From assembly GCA_044220955.1 (NCBI GenBank), contig JBGAQA010000055.1, positions 9,332 to 44,936 of the forward strand: a DNA stretch of 35,605 bases. The letters run 5' to 3'. The notes under the pieces were generated by a model that saw only the letters and a list, made by a program, of their open reading frames with translations, was not told the DNA's origin and made no database searches. This DNA comes from Sandaracinaceae bacterium (GTDB lineage Bacteria; Myxococcota_A; Polyangia; Polyangiales; Sandaracinaceae). A program made the position numbers and the translations under genes. This document shows positions 17,973-27,727 of the stretch, in pieces. The stretch's first letter is position 1, and the number at the start of each line of letters is the position of its first letter.

Positions 17973-19096
17973 TCGCCCGTGCGCCGAGCGTCGCGCCGAG
18001 GTCCCTGCTCGTCGTCGACGACGAGAAGGAGATCGTGGCCGCCCTCCGGCGGCAGTTCCGGCGCGACTACGACGTGCTCGTCGCCTACAGCGCGGAAGAG
18101 GGCTACGCGCAGATGCGCGAGCGCGAGGTGCAGGTGATCCTCAGCGATCAGTGCATGCCCGGGATGAGCGGCTCGGAGTTCTTCGCGAAGGTCGAGGGCG
18201 AGTTCCCCGACGCGGTCCGCCTGATGCTGACGGGCTACGCCGACATCGGCGCGGTGATCGCGGCGATCAACGAGGGCCGCGTCTTCCGGTACATCACCAA
18301 GCCCTGGAACCCGGCCGAGCTGGCCGCGATCGTCGCGAGCGCCTTCGAGCGCTACGAGAGGGTCCGCGCCGACCGAGCGCTCGCGGGCGAGCTCCGCGCC
18401 CTCGTCGCGTCGCTCGAGGCGCGGCTCGAGGAGGGCAGCGCCGCGCTGGCCGCGTCCAGCGAGCGCGTGCGGGAGCTGGAGCGAGCCCAGGACGAGCTGC
18501 TCGGGGTCGTCGCGCACGACGTGCGTGACGCGATCGGCCTGGTGCTCGACCACGTGCGGCGCTTGTCGGCCATGCCCGACCCGCCGGCCGAGACGCTCCG
18601 GACGACGCTCGGTCGCGTCGAGCGCACCTCGAGCCTCGTGCTCGAGGCGATCGACGGCCGGCTCGACGACGCGAGCGTCCGGGGCGGGCGGCTCGCGCTG
18701 CGCCGGCGCCGCGTGCCGGTCGCGGAGGTGCTCGGCGAGGTCGTGCAGCGCCACGCGCAGCGCGGGCGCCCGAGGTCGATCGACGTCGTCTGGGACGGCT
18801 CGCGCTGTCCGACCGAGTGGACGATGGATCCGGATCGTGTCCGGCAGCTCCTCGAGCACCTGATCGGCGACGCGATCGAGGTCTCGCCCCCGGGCTCGAC
18901 GGTGCGCGTCGAGGTCGCGCGCGACGGGCACGACCTCTCGATCACGGTCAGCGATCAGGGCCGCGGCGTCGCGGCCGAGGGGCTCGGCCCATCGATCTGC
19001 AAGAGCCTCGTCGAGCGTCACGGAGGCCGCATCCGGGCCGAGCGCGAGGCCGGCGTCGGCACGCGCGTGGTCGTCACGCTCCCGCCCGCGGGCTGA
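17969..19096 (+). CDS. Receiver domain + degenerate histidine kinase (HisKA/HATPase-like)
   Basis: VVDDE, ILSDQCMPGMSG, LTGY and KPW receiver motifs; AHDVRDAIG; N-box reads HLIGDA and the F-box/lid is missing; ATGA coupling to the upstream kinase. Confidence 0.85.
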
Positions 19097-19111
19097 GGAG
19101 CAGGCCGCCCG

Positions 19112-21856
19112 TCAGCGGCACGTCGCCGGCACCGGCGCCGCGACGGCGTCGCACGGGTGCCAGAGCCGGCCGAGCTGGTTCATGGGCAGGAGTCCGAAAG
19201 TCGAGGTCGGCGTGAAGTCGCCGCAGCGATCGAGCGCGTCGTAGCCGGCCGAGCCGCAGCCGCCGGGGCCGCCCGCGTAGGTGAGCGAGTCGATGGTCGT
19301 GCCGCCGGTCGGGCTCACGTACGCGCCCGTGGCGATGCGGAAGCGGCCGCCGCCCATGTTCGCGAACCAGCCGCTCGCGAGGCCCGTGCCCTGCATGGCG
19401 AGGGTTGACACGTGCAGGCCGAAGAGGCCGGGATCGTCGGGTCCGAAGAACGGGTAGCTGCACATCGCCATCGCGTCGGCTTGGTCGCGGATCGCGACGT
19501 ACACGCCGCGCGGCGGGACGACGTCGCCCGCGCCGAAGTCCATCCAGCGGTAGCTGCCCGGCGCGCAATCGCTGCCGTTGCAGTAGAAGAAATGGTCCCC
19601 GGCGAGCGTGATGGGGCAGTTCGTGAGGTTGGTGATCTCGAACGCCTCGCCCGCCTCGCACGTCGCGCCCGGGCACGCGCCACTTCCGTCGATCACGTAC
19701 TCGCTGAACACGACGTCGAGGGCGCCCGGCGCCCGCGGCGTGGTGCAGGCCTCGATCAGGTTGACCGAGAGGCTCGTCGTCGCCGAGCAGCACGCCGGCT
19801 CGCTCGCCATGCACGCGCGCACCGTGATGGTCGCGCGCGCTCCGGGCGGCGGCCCCCCTGCCGCGATCGCCGCCGGCGGCCGGAAGTAGTTCTGCCCCGT
19901 CGTGGTGACGGTGCCGTACGGCGTGCCCGCCCCGTCGAGGAAGAGCTCGTACGTCTGGCCGGCCGGCAGCGCGCCCAGCTCCACGATCGGGCGACGATCC
20001 CAGCTCGTCCCGCACGTGGTCGCGCTCGGCACCGGAGGGGCGGTGCACGTGGCGGTCGCCGTCACGTTCGTCGTGCAGCAGGTCGTCACCGCCTCGTCGT
20101 CGGTCACGCAGAGGCGCAGGGTGTAGCTGCCCACGGCGTCGGGCGTGAAGGACGTGCTCGCGCTCGCGGGCGTGCCCGGCATCGCCGACGAGCCGCCGGG
20201 CCGCACGACGACCGTCCACGCGTAGCTCACCGCCCCGCCGTCGGGGTCCGACCCCACGCCGACGAGCGAGGCCGCCGTGCCCACCGGCGTCGTGCGGGGC
20301 GCCGGGCACATCGCGAGCGGCGGCGAGCGCGGGCAGACGTCGTCCTCGTCCGCCAGCCCGTCGCAGTCGTCGTCGCGACCGTTGCAGACCTCCGCGCTCG
20401 GTCCGACCGCCCCGCTGCACGTCGCCCACGTGCCATCCGTCGCGCACGTCTCGGTGCCTGCGACGCACTCGCCTTCGTCCGTCCCGCAGCTGCGCAAGGC
20501 GCCCGTCACGCAAGCGCAGCCGTCGTCGACCGTGCCGTCGCAGTCGTCGTCGACGGTCCCGTCGCAGCGCTCCGGGGCGGGATCGATCGCGCCCGCGCAC
20601 GCGCTCCAGCTGCCCGTCACGCTGCAGGTCTGGGTGCCCGCCATGCACGCGCCCACGTCGGTGCCGCACGCGCGCGTCGCGCCGCTCGTGCAGCCGCAGC
20701 CCTCGTCCACGGTGCCGTCGCAGCTCTCGTCGAGCACGCCGTCGCAGAGCTCGGGGCCTGGCGCGGCCTCTCCGCTGCACGAGATCGCCCACGCGCCCGC
20801 GCTGCACGCCTGCGTCCCGGCCGTGCACGCGCCCACGTCGGTGCCGCACGCGCGCACCAGGCCCTCGTCGACGCTGCCGTCGCAGTCGTCGTCGAGCCCG
20901 TTGCAGCGCTCGGCGATCGCTCGGACCCCGCCCTCGCACGTCGCGTACGCGCCGCTCACGCAGCGCTGCACGCCGGTCGCGCAGGCGCCCGTGTCGGTGC
21001 CGCACACGCGGTCCGTGCCCTCGTCGGTCGAGCCGTCGCAGTCCTCGTCGGTCCCGTCGCACGTCTCGGTGCCGGCGGAGACCTCGCCCGCGCAGACGCC
21101 CCACCTGCCGTCGCTGCACGCGGCGATGCCCGTGCGGCAGCGTCCGACGCTCGAGCCGCAGGTGCGGGTCAGGCCCTCGTCGATCGCCCCGTCGCAGTCC
21201 TCGTCGGTTCCGTCGCAGGTCTCCGCGCCGGGCGCCGTCGCGCCCTCGCACGCCGTCAGCATCCCGGCATCGCAGCGCTGCGTCCCCGCGACGCAGGCCC
21301 CCACGTCGGAGCCGCAGGGGAGCGGCGGGTCTGCCGGGTCGCACTCGCAGCCCTCGTTCGCGGTGCCGTCGCAGTCCTCGTCGAGGCCGGCGGGGTCGCA
21401 CACCTCCGACGTCTCGAGCACGTCGCCCGCGCACGCGCCCCACATCCCGACCTCGAGGCCCGTACAGACGATCGTCCCGTCGATGCAGAGCCCATGGCCG
21501 CGGCGCGAGGGCGCGCCCCGGAAGCAGGGCATCGTGTCGCCCGGGACGCACGCGCATCCGTCGTCGACGGCGCCGTTGCAGTCGTCGTCGAGGCCGTTGG
21601 AGCAGACCTCGGCCGTACACGGGCGGTCGGGTCCGCCGTCCGGCAGGGACGCGTCGCGCCCGGGCGCGGCATCGCTGGCGTCACCGGCGCTCGCCCCGTC
21701 GCCGGCGTCGACGCGCGACCCGGCGTCGTCCGTCGAGGCCTCGAGCGAGATCCTCGCGTCGAGCCGGCCCGTGTCGTCGCCGGCGCGGGAGCCCACCGTG
21801 CACCCCATCGCGCTCGAGAGGATTGCAAGGAGCGCGTGCGCAGCGACTCGACCCAT
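19112..21856 (-). CDS. Large Cys-rich lipoprotein with 8 C-x-G-x-D-x-D-C-D-G-type repeats, a PKD-like domain and a lamin-tail-like C-terminal domain
   Basis: Lipobox-like AMGC; repeated CNGLDDDCDG/CDGTDEDCDG; SDPDGGAVSYAWTV..GSYTLRLCVTD; VVFSEY..EAFEITN. Confidence 0.8.
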   Translation of the reverse strand: MGRVAAHALLAILSSAMGCTVGSRAGDDTGRLDARISLEASTDDAGSRVDAGDGASAGDASDAAPGRDASLPDGGPDRPCTAEVCSNGLDDDCNGAVDDGCACVPGDTMPCFRGAPSRRGHGLCIDGTIVCTGLEVGMWGACAGDVLETSEVCDPAGLDEDCDGTANEGCECDPADPPLPCGSDVGACVAGTQRCDAGMLTACEGATAPGAETCDGTDEDCDGAIDEGLTRTCGSSVGRCRTGIAACSDGRWGVCAGEVSAGTETCDGTDEDCDGSTDEGTDRVCGTDTGACATGVQRCVSGAYATCEGGVRAIAERCNGLDDDCDGSVDEGLVRACGTDVGACTAGTQACSAGAWAISCSGEAAPGPELCDGVLDESCDGTVDEGCGCTSGATRACGTDVGACMAGTQTCSVTGSWSACAGAIDPAPERCDGTVDDDCDGTVDDGCACVTGALRSCGTDEGECVAGTETCATDGTWATCSGAVGPSAEVCNGRDDDCDGLADEDDVCPRSPPLAMCPAPRTTPVGTAASLVGVGSDPDGGAVSYAWTVVVRPGGSSAMPGTPASASTSFTPDAVGSYTLRLCVTDDEAVTTCCTTNVTATATCTAPPVPSATTCGTSWDRRPIVELGALPAGQTYELFLDGAGTPYGTVTTTGQNYFRPPAAIAAGGPPPGARATITVRACMASEPACCSATTSLSVNLIEACTTPRAPGALDVVFSEYVIDGSGACPGATCEAGEAFEITNLTNCPITLAGDHFFYCNGSDCAPGSYRWMDFGAGDVVPPRGVYVAIRDQADAMAMCSYPFFGPDDPGLFGLHVSTLAMQGTGLASGWFANMGGGRFRIATGAYVSPTGGTTIDSLTYAGGPGGCGSAGYDALDRCGDFTPTSTFGLLPMNQLGRLWHPCDAVAAPVPATCR

Positions 21857-21923
21857 GGGTCAACCATAGGCGATCTCGGCCAGGGGCGCGTGGGCCGCCG
21901 CCGTGCGGTGTACTCTCGCCGCC

Positions 21924-24677
21924 ATGGGCGAGGACGGCAGGGCGCTCGTTCGCGGGCTCGACGAGGGGCGAGTCGGTGCGGACGCGGCGCTCGCCGCGCT
22001 GACCCGGGCCGCGCACGAGGCGCCGACCTGGGCGCTTCGCCTCGATGCGTGCAGGGGGCTCGGGGCGATCGCCGGGCGCGCGTTCGGCGCCTCGTGGGAG
22101 CTGGCCGAGCGTGCGGCCTTCGTGCTGCTCGAGGTCGCCCGCGAGACCGACGCTTCGAACGAGCGCGCGCAGCTGCTCGGCGCGATGGGGAGGGCCTACC
22201 GGAACCTGTGGCTGATGCCCTACGTGCATGCCCGGCTCGGGGACGAGAGCCCGGCGATCGTGGCTGCGGCCATCGGAGCGGCGGGCGGGCTGGCGTTCCC
22301 GGCGCTCGAGGAGGTGGTCGCGTCGGGGTTCCTCCGGGACGACACCGAGCCGGGCCTTCGCCTGGCGGCGATCGCGGCGCTCGGCCGCATGGGCGCGGCG
22401 AGCGCCGCCTCGCGCATCGCCCGCTACGTCGAGAGCACCTCGGACGAGGCGATCGCGGCGCTCGACGCGCTGACCGAGATCCGCTCGACCGCAGGCGCGA
22501 GCGCGGCGATCGCGGTGCTCGACCGCGAGCCTCCGCCCGACGTGCTCGCGGCGGCAGTCCGATACCTGGCCGAGATCGGGCAGGAGCGCGTGCTCCGCGC
22601 GCTGCGCCGCCTCGCGCGCGACGACGAGCCGGGGCAGCGCATCGCCGCGAGCCTCGCGTCGCGCGCGTACCACACGGAGCGCGCGGGCGACGCGGCGGAG
22701 CGCATCCTGGCGGCTCTCACCGAGCGCGATCGGGCGGTCCGCGGCGCGCTCGCCCGACGCCTGCGGACGCTGCCCGTCGCCGCCGTGCTCGAGCAGGCGG
22801 GGCTGCTGCTCTCCGACGACCCCGAGGGCGTGGTTCAGATCGTCTCGGAGGTCCGCGCTCCGGAGGTCACGCGGATGCTGCTCGCGATCGCCGCCGACCC
22901 GGCGCGCGCCGTCTCGGTGCGCGCGCGCGCGGCGGGCGCGATCGAGGCCAACGAGCCCTGGGAGCAGGAGGCGCTCGCCCTGCTCATCGGGTCCTGCCGC
23001 GACGTGGCGGTGCGCGTCGCGGCCGCGCAGACGCTCGGCGCGTTCGCGCCGCCATCGCTCATCCTCGAGGAGCTCGCGTCGCTCGCGACGGATCCCTCGC
23101 CCGAGGTCCGCGGCGCGTGGCTCTGGGCCCTGCAGCTCGCCGCGCGGCCTGGCTCGCTCCTCGGCGCGGAGCGCGCGCGCGCGGAGCAGCTCGTCGCGCG
23201 TGCCCTCGAGGATGACGATCCCGGGGTGCGTCGGCGCGCGGCGTACGTCGCGGGGAACATCGACGCGAGCGCGCTCGTCCCCGCGCTGGTCGAGCTCGCG
23301 CGCGGCGAAGGCGAGCGGGCCGATCTGCGCGTCGCGGCGTTCGTGGGCCTGGGCGAGATCGGCAGCGCCGAGCGCGTCCAGGATCTCGTGTACCTCTTCC
23401 AGCGCGAGGACGACCCCTCCGCGCTGAGCGCGCTCGCGCGGGCGATCGAGCGGGCGTGTGAACGAGGAGGCGAAGGCGCGAGCGCGGTGCTGCGCGCCAA
23501 GGACCGCCTGCCGAAGCTCGTGGCGCACGCGGACCCGCGCGTCCGGGCGGCGGCTGCGCGCGTGCTCGGGCTCGCGCCCGATGCGCTGCCCATCGAGAAG
23601 GTCGCGGCGATGGCCGACGACACCTCGCCGCGCGTCCGAGAGCAGGCGGTGTCCGCGCTCGGTCGCCTCGGCCGTGACGAGACGAAGAGCAGCGCCGCCG
23701 AGCGCGCGCTCGTCCACGCGCTCTCGGACGTCGACGCCGTGATCCAGGAGCGCGCGGCCGAGGGGCTCCTCGCCCTCGGCGGTCCCACGGCCGTCGGCGC
23801 CGTGCTCGAGCTCGTCGGGCGTACGGCCGACGAGCCCGCTGCGGCGCGCCTGGCCGAGAAGCTGACGCTGCCGCCCGGAGATCCCGCTCCGTTCGTGGAG
23901 GCGCTCGGCGCGGCCCTCGCGCGCGTCGGTGAGGGCCACGCCGCGTACGAGCCACTGCTCGAGCTCAAGGTTCGCGCGCTCGACGTCCTGCGCCCCTCGC
24001 GCGGCGCCTCGTCGCGGCCCGACGTCGATCTCGAGATCGCCGCGCTCTTCCCCGCGTGGCCGCGCCTCTCGGTGGTGCGCGGGTTCCTCCCGCTCGCCAA
24101 GAGCCTGCGCACGGCCGAGCTGCTCTACGAGAGCACGGCTGCCGAGGACGGCGATCAGTCGGCCTCGATCGTCCTCTGGACCAAGTCGCTCGAGGGCTAC
24201 CTCCACGCGTGGCTCTCGCCGCGCCTCGCGAGCCTGCAGCGCCAGCCCGGCACGCTCTTCGAGCTGACCGACCGCGTGAGCGCGTCGTGGCCGACCTACC
24301 AGCGCTGGCTCGCGGCGCGCTGGGCCGATCCGGTGAGCGTCGGAGCGATGCAGGTCGACGTGCCCCTGCGCTCGACGGTCAACGTGCTCCGCGATCTGTC
24401 CGAGCGGCGGACCAAGGCGCTCGACTCGCCGCTCTCGGTCACCGAGTGGGCACGGCTGATGATGTTCCTCGCGATCGATCACCCGTCGGGGCCCAGGAAC
24501 GTGCTCCAGGTGAGCTGCGGCGACGCAGACCACGCCGCGCGCCTCGCGCACCGGCTGCAGGTGATCGCCCTCGTCCGCAACACGGTCACCCATCGCTCGG
24601 TGGCGGCCACGTCCACCCTCGATGCGTTCCGCGCCATGTACTACGAGGCGTTCGAGGACGTCACCCGGATGGCGTGA
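21924..24677 (+). CDS. HEAT-repeat protein with C-terminal HEPN-like domain
   Basis: Many D..P.VR..AA..LG HEAT repeats; the C-terminus has SASIVLWTKSLEGYL and RNTVTH (Rx4H). Confidence 0.75.
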   Translation: MGEDGRALVRGLDEGRVGADAALAALTRAAHEAPTWALRLDACRGLGAIAGRAFGASWELAERAAFVLLEVARETDASNERAQLLGAMGRAYRNLWLMPYVHARLGDESPAIVAAAIGAAGGLAFPALEEVVASGFLRDDTEPGLRLAAIAALGRMGAASAASRIARYVESTSDEAIAALDALTEIRSTAGASAAIAVLDREPPPDVLAAAVRYLAEIGQERVLRALRRLARDDEPGQRIAASLASRAYHTERAGDAAERILAALTERDRAVRGALARRLRTLPVAAVLEQAGLLLSDDPEGVVQIVSEVRAPEVTRMLLAIAADPARAVSVRARAAGAIEANEPWEQEALALLIGSCRDVAVRVAAAQTLGAFAPPSLILEELASLATDPSPEVRGAWLWALQLAARPGSLLGAERARAEQLVARALEDDDPGVRRRAAYVAGNIDASALVPALVELARGEGERADLRVAAFVGLGEIGSAERVQDLVYLFQREDDPSALSALARAIERACERGGEGASAVLRAKDRLPKLVAHADPRVRAAAARVLGLAPDALPIEKVAAMADDTSPRVREQAVSALGRLGRDETKSSAAERALVHALSDVDAVIQERAAEGLLALGGPTAVGAVLELVGRTADEPAAARLAEKLTLPPGDPAPFVEALGAALARVGEGHAAYEPLLELKVRALDVLRPSRGASSRPDVDLEIAALFPAWPRLSVVRGFLPLAKSLRTAELLYESTAAEDGDQSASIVLWTKSLEGYLHAWLSPRLASLQRQPGTLFELTDRVSASWPTYQRWLAARWADPVSVGAMQVDVPLRSTVNVLRDLSERRTKALDSPLSVTEWARLMMFLAIDHPSGPRNVLQVSCGDADHAARLAHRLQVIALVRNTVTHRSVAATSTLDAFRAMYYEAFEDVTRMA

Positions 24678-24721
24678 TGGATCGCTCGACCGCTCCCGGG
24701 GATCCGTCGCACACTGGCGGC

Positions 24722-26071
24722 ATGGCTTTCCGGTCCTCGGTCCTCGCGGCTCTCGCCGCCTGCCTCGTCGCGGCCCCAGGCTGCTCGCTCCCACGCGCGG
24801 TGCTGGCCGGGGGCGGCCCGGGGATCGACGGAGGAACGGCCGACGTCGGTGGCGGCGGTCGCGACACGGGCCCCGGTCTCGACGCGGGCCCCGGGACGGA
24901 CACGGGGCCCCGCCCCGACGGCGGCCCCGACGGCGGCAGCACTTGCCCGACGTCCTGCGACGACGGCGAGCCGTGCACCGCCGATGGCTGCGACGCGGCC
25001 GGCAACTGCACGCACACGAACAGCGCGGCGGCCTGCGACGACGGCGTCCTCTGCAACGGAGCGGACAGCTGCGGGGGTGGCACCTGCTCGGTGCACGACG
25101 GCGTCGACCCCTGTCCCGGGATGTCGCACTGCGACGCCGCCATGGACGCCTGCACCGGCTGCCGGTCCACCGCCGACTGCCCGGTGGCGGTGCCGGGAGC
25201 CTGGGGCGCCTGCGACTTCGGCAGTGATCTCTGCGCGACCACCGGCGGCACGCAGACGCGGAGCGTCACCGGGTTCGCGTGCAGCCACGGGACCTGCGAG
25301 GGCCAGGTGACGATGGAGATGCAGGCGTGCACCCGGCCGTCGACCGACGGGAACATGTGCGCCGCCGGGACCTTCGGCGACTGGTCCGCGTGTGACTTCG
25401 GCACGGACCCCTGCACCCAGGCCGGCACGCAGACGCGCATCGCCACGACCTCGCACTGCCTCGGTGGCGCCTGCACCGCCATGGACATGGCCGAGTCGCA
25501 GGCGTGCATGCGCGCGACGGATGGGATGCCCTGCGGCATGCCCATGACCTCGGACTGGTCGGCCTGCATGGTCGGCGCGACGTGCGCGCTGATGGGGACG
25601 CAGACGCGGACCACCACCACGCCCACCTGTACCGGCGGCGCGTGCGTCGTCGCGTCGAGCAGCGAGAGCCAGGCCTGCACGTCCGGAACGGTGGTCGGAT
25701 CGACCTGCGGGGCGACGACGTGTACCGCGTGGGGCGCGTGCACGCAGACGATGCCGAACACGTGCGATCGCACCGGCGTCCAGCAGCGGACGTGCACGAC
25801 GCCGACCTGCTCGGGCTCGGGCGGCTCGGCGGGTTGCACGGGCTCGACGACGACGACCGAGTCGCAGCCGTGCAGCGCGAGCGTGGGGGGCGTCTCGTGT
25901 ACGACGACGTCGTGTGGCTCGTGTCGCGAGCCGGGCCGGCTCGACTGTCGCTCGGGGCACATGGGCCAGCAGCGCTGCACGAGGACCAACGGCACCTGCA
26001 TGGACTGGGGCCTCGGGCCCTTCTGCGCCGGGCTCGGCGGCATGACGTTCAATCGCAGCTGCAGCTGCTGA
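24722..26071 (+). CDS. Cys-rich lipoprotein with thrombospondin type 1-like repeats
   Basis: Lipobox-like APGC; CDDGEPCTADGC repeat; four W(S/G)AC..C...G.Q.R units. Confidence 0.75.
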   Translation: MAFRSSVLAALAACLVAAPGCSLPRAVLAGGGPGIDGGTADVGGGGRDTGPGLDAGPGTDTGPRPDGGPDGGSTCPTSCDDGEPCTADGCDAAGNCTHTNSAAACDDGVLCNGADSCGGGTCSVHDGVDPCPGMSHCDAAMDACTGCRSTADCPVAVPGAWGACDFGSDLCATTGGTQTRSVTGFACSHGTCEGQVTMEMQACTRPSTDGNMCAAGTFGDWSACDFGTDPCTQAGTQTRIATTSHCLGGACTAMDMAESQACMRATDGMPCGMPMTSDWSACMVGATCALMGTQTRTTTTPTCTGGACVVASSSESQACTSGTVVGSTCGATTCTAWGACTQTMPNTCDRTGVQQRTCTTPTCSGSGGSAGCTGSTTTTESQPCSASVGGVSCTTTSCGSCREPGRLDCRSGHMGQQRCTRTNGTCMDWGLGPFCAGLGGMTFNRSCSC

Positions 26072-26078
26072 TCGCGCG

Positions 26079-27626
26079 ATGGCGGTCGCCCTCTCTTCCG
26101 AGCAGGAGCGCGAGGTCGGGGGGCTCTTGCTCTCGTGCGCGCAGGTGGCGAGCCCCATGCACGCCTTGCGCGCGGCCGAGTGGCGCAACCGGCTCGCGCG
26201 CGTCGGCCTGCCTGTCCCGTTCTGGGTGGTCCACGACCTCGGTCTGCTCTTCGTGGCGCCCCCCGACCTGCTCGCCGCGCGGCCGGGGCTCGCGCAGGCG
26301 GGCCTCCCGCCCGGTGTGCTCAAGGCACACGCCGCGTGGCTCGGGCTGCTCGAGGAGGTCGCGACGACCGAGATGATCGAGCGCGCGCGCGCGTGGAAGC
26401 TGCGCGACGATCTGGTCGCGGTGGTGCTCCTGCGCGTCCTGGCGCCCGTCTACGAGCGCTTCCTCGGGCCAGGGCGCAGGCCGATCGGCGTCTCGTTGCC
26501 CCTCGACCCCGAGGTCTACACCGACCTCGGCCAGCGCCTGCCGAGGCTCTTCGCTTCCTTCGACCGGCAGGCCGACGCGCAGTTCCTCGCGCACCTCGTC
26601 GCCGAGCGCCTGCGCCTGGTCACGGCGCTCGAGCAGATCGATCTCGACACCCTGCGCCTGCTCGGCATGTTCGGCGCCGAGGCCTCCGCCGCCGGTGCGT
26701 TCGGGATGCTCGATCTGCTCGACGTGCTCGCGAGCCCGGACGCGAACGACGTCGTGAACTTCTCGCTCGACCTCCTGCCGAGCGTGCTCGAGACGAAGCG
26801 CGCGACGGGCATGCAGGCGTTCAACGTCGACGGCTACGCGGGCCTCGCCCGGCGCGGCACCCTCGACTCGCTCGTGCTGAGCGAGCTCGCCCAGGACGAC
26901 GACCTCTTCGATCAGCGATTCAGCGAGAACGAGGTCTTCTACTACGCCCACGAGAAGAGCCACGACGACGACCGGCGGCTGCACTACCTCGCGGTCGACG
27001 CGACGGCGTCGATGCGCGGGCAGCGCTCGGTGTTCGCGAGGGGCTTGGCCCTGACGCTCGCCAAGAAGCTGCTCCTGCGCGGGGACGACGTCTTCCTGCG
27101 CTTCTTCGACTCGCGCCTCTACGAGGTGCAGCAGGCGAGGGCCAGGCGCCGCGGCAAGACGGAGCTCGACGTGCCCTACGTGCTCTCGTTCAAGGGCGAG
27201 CACGGCCGCAACTACGCCAAGGTGTTCGCCATGCTCGCCGCGGAGCTCGGGCGGACGCGGCGGCGGGAGAAGAAGTCGATCGTGCTCTACCTGCTGACGC
27301 ATGCCGAGTGCCACGTGCCGATCGAGACCATCGAGCGCCTGCGCGAGGAGGCCACTCTCTACGGCGTGTTCATGCTCCCGAGCTCGGGCGAGCTCGACCT
27401 CGAGTACCTGCCGCGCCTGCACACGGTGCAGATCGTGAGCGAGAGCGCGCTCGGGCAGCGCGACGCGCGGGCGGCGCGGGCGCTCGACATCGTGGACGAC
27501 GCCGCGAAGGAGGGCCGCGCCAGCATCCCGCCGCGAGCAGGACGCGCGAGCGAAGAGGCGCTGCGCAAGGCGGATCTCGACGCCGCGACGCGCGAGGTGG
27601 ACGAGCTCGCGCCCGGAGGAGGCTGA
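26079..27626 (+). CDS. von Willebrand factor A domain protein (MoxR-partner type)
   Basis: GTLDSLVLSELA..F..RFSENEVFYY then YLAVDATASMRG (MIDAS-like DxTxS), FLRFFD and YLLTH. Confidence 0.75.
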   Translation: MAVALSSEQEREVGGLLLSCAQVASPMHALRAAEWRNRLARVGLPVPFWVVHDLGLLFVAPPDLLAARPGLAQAGLPPGVLKAHAAWLGLLEEVATTEMIERARAWKLRDDLVAVVLLRVLAPVYERFLGPGRRPIGVSLPLDPEVYTDLGQRLPRLFASFDRQADAQFLAHLVAERLRLVTALEQIDLDTLRLLGMFGAEASAAGAFGMLDLLDVLASPDANDVVNFSLDLLPSVLETKRATGMQAFNVDGYAGLARRGTLDSLVLSELAQDDDLFDQRFSENEVFYYAHEKSHDDDRRLHYLAVDATASMRGQRSVFARGLALTLAKKLLLRGDDVFLRFFDSRLYEVQQARARRRGKTELDVPYVLSFKGEHGRNYAKVFAMLAAELGRTRRREKKSIVLYLLTHAECHVPIETIERLREEATLYGVFMLPSSGELDLEYLPRLHTVQIVSESALGQRDARAARALDIVDDAAKEGRASIPPRAGRASEEALRKADLDAATREVDELAPGGG

Positions 27627-27727
27627 TGCTCGAGGACCCGCGGAGGGACCGGATCGGAGCGCGCGCGGTGCGCCGACGGAGTCGGCCGGAGAAGCGAGCC
27701 GAGACCGTTCGGGGGAGGCTCTGAGCC

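Noticed and set aside
27711..27721. GGGGGAGGCTC shared (inverted) with 33036-33046 as ends of a mobile element
   Set aside because: Only 11 bp, no transposase or target duplication, and the left copy doubles as the likely Shine-Dalgarno of the 27728 gene.
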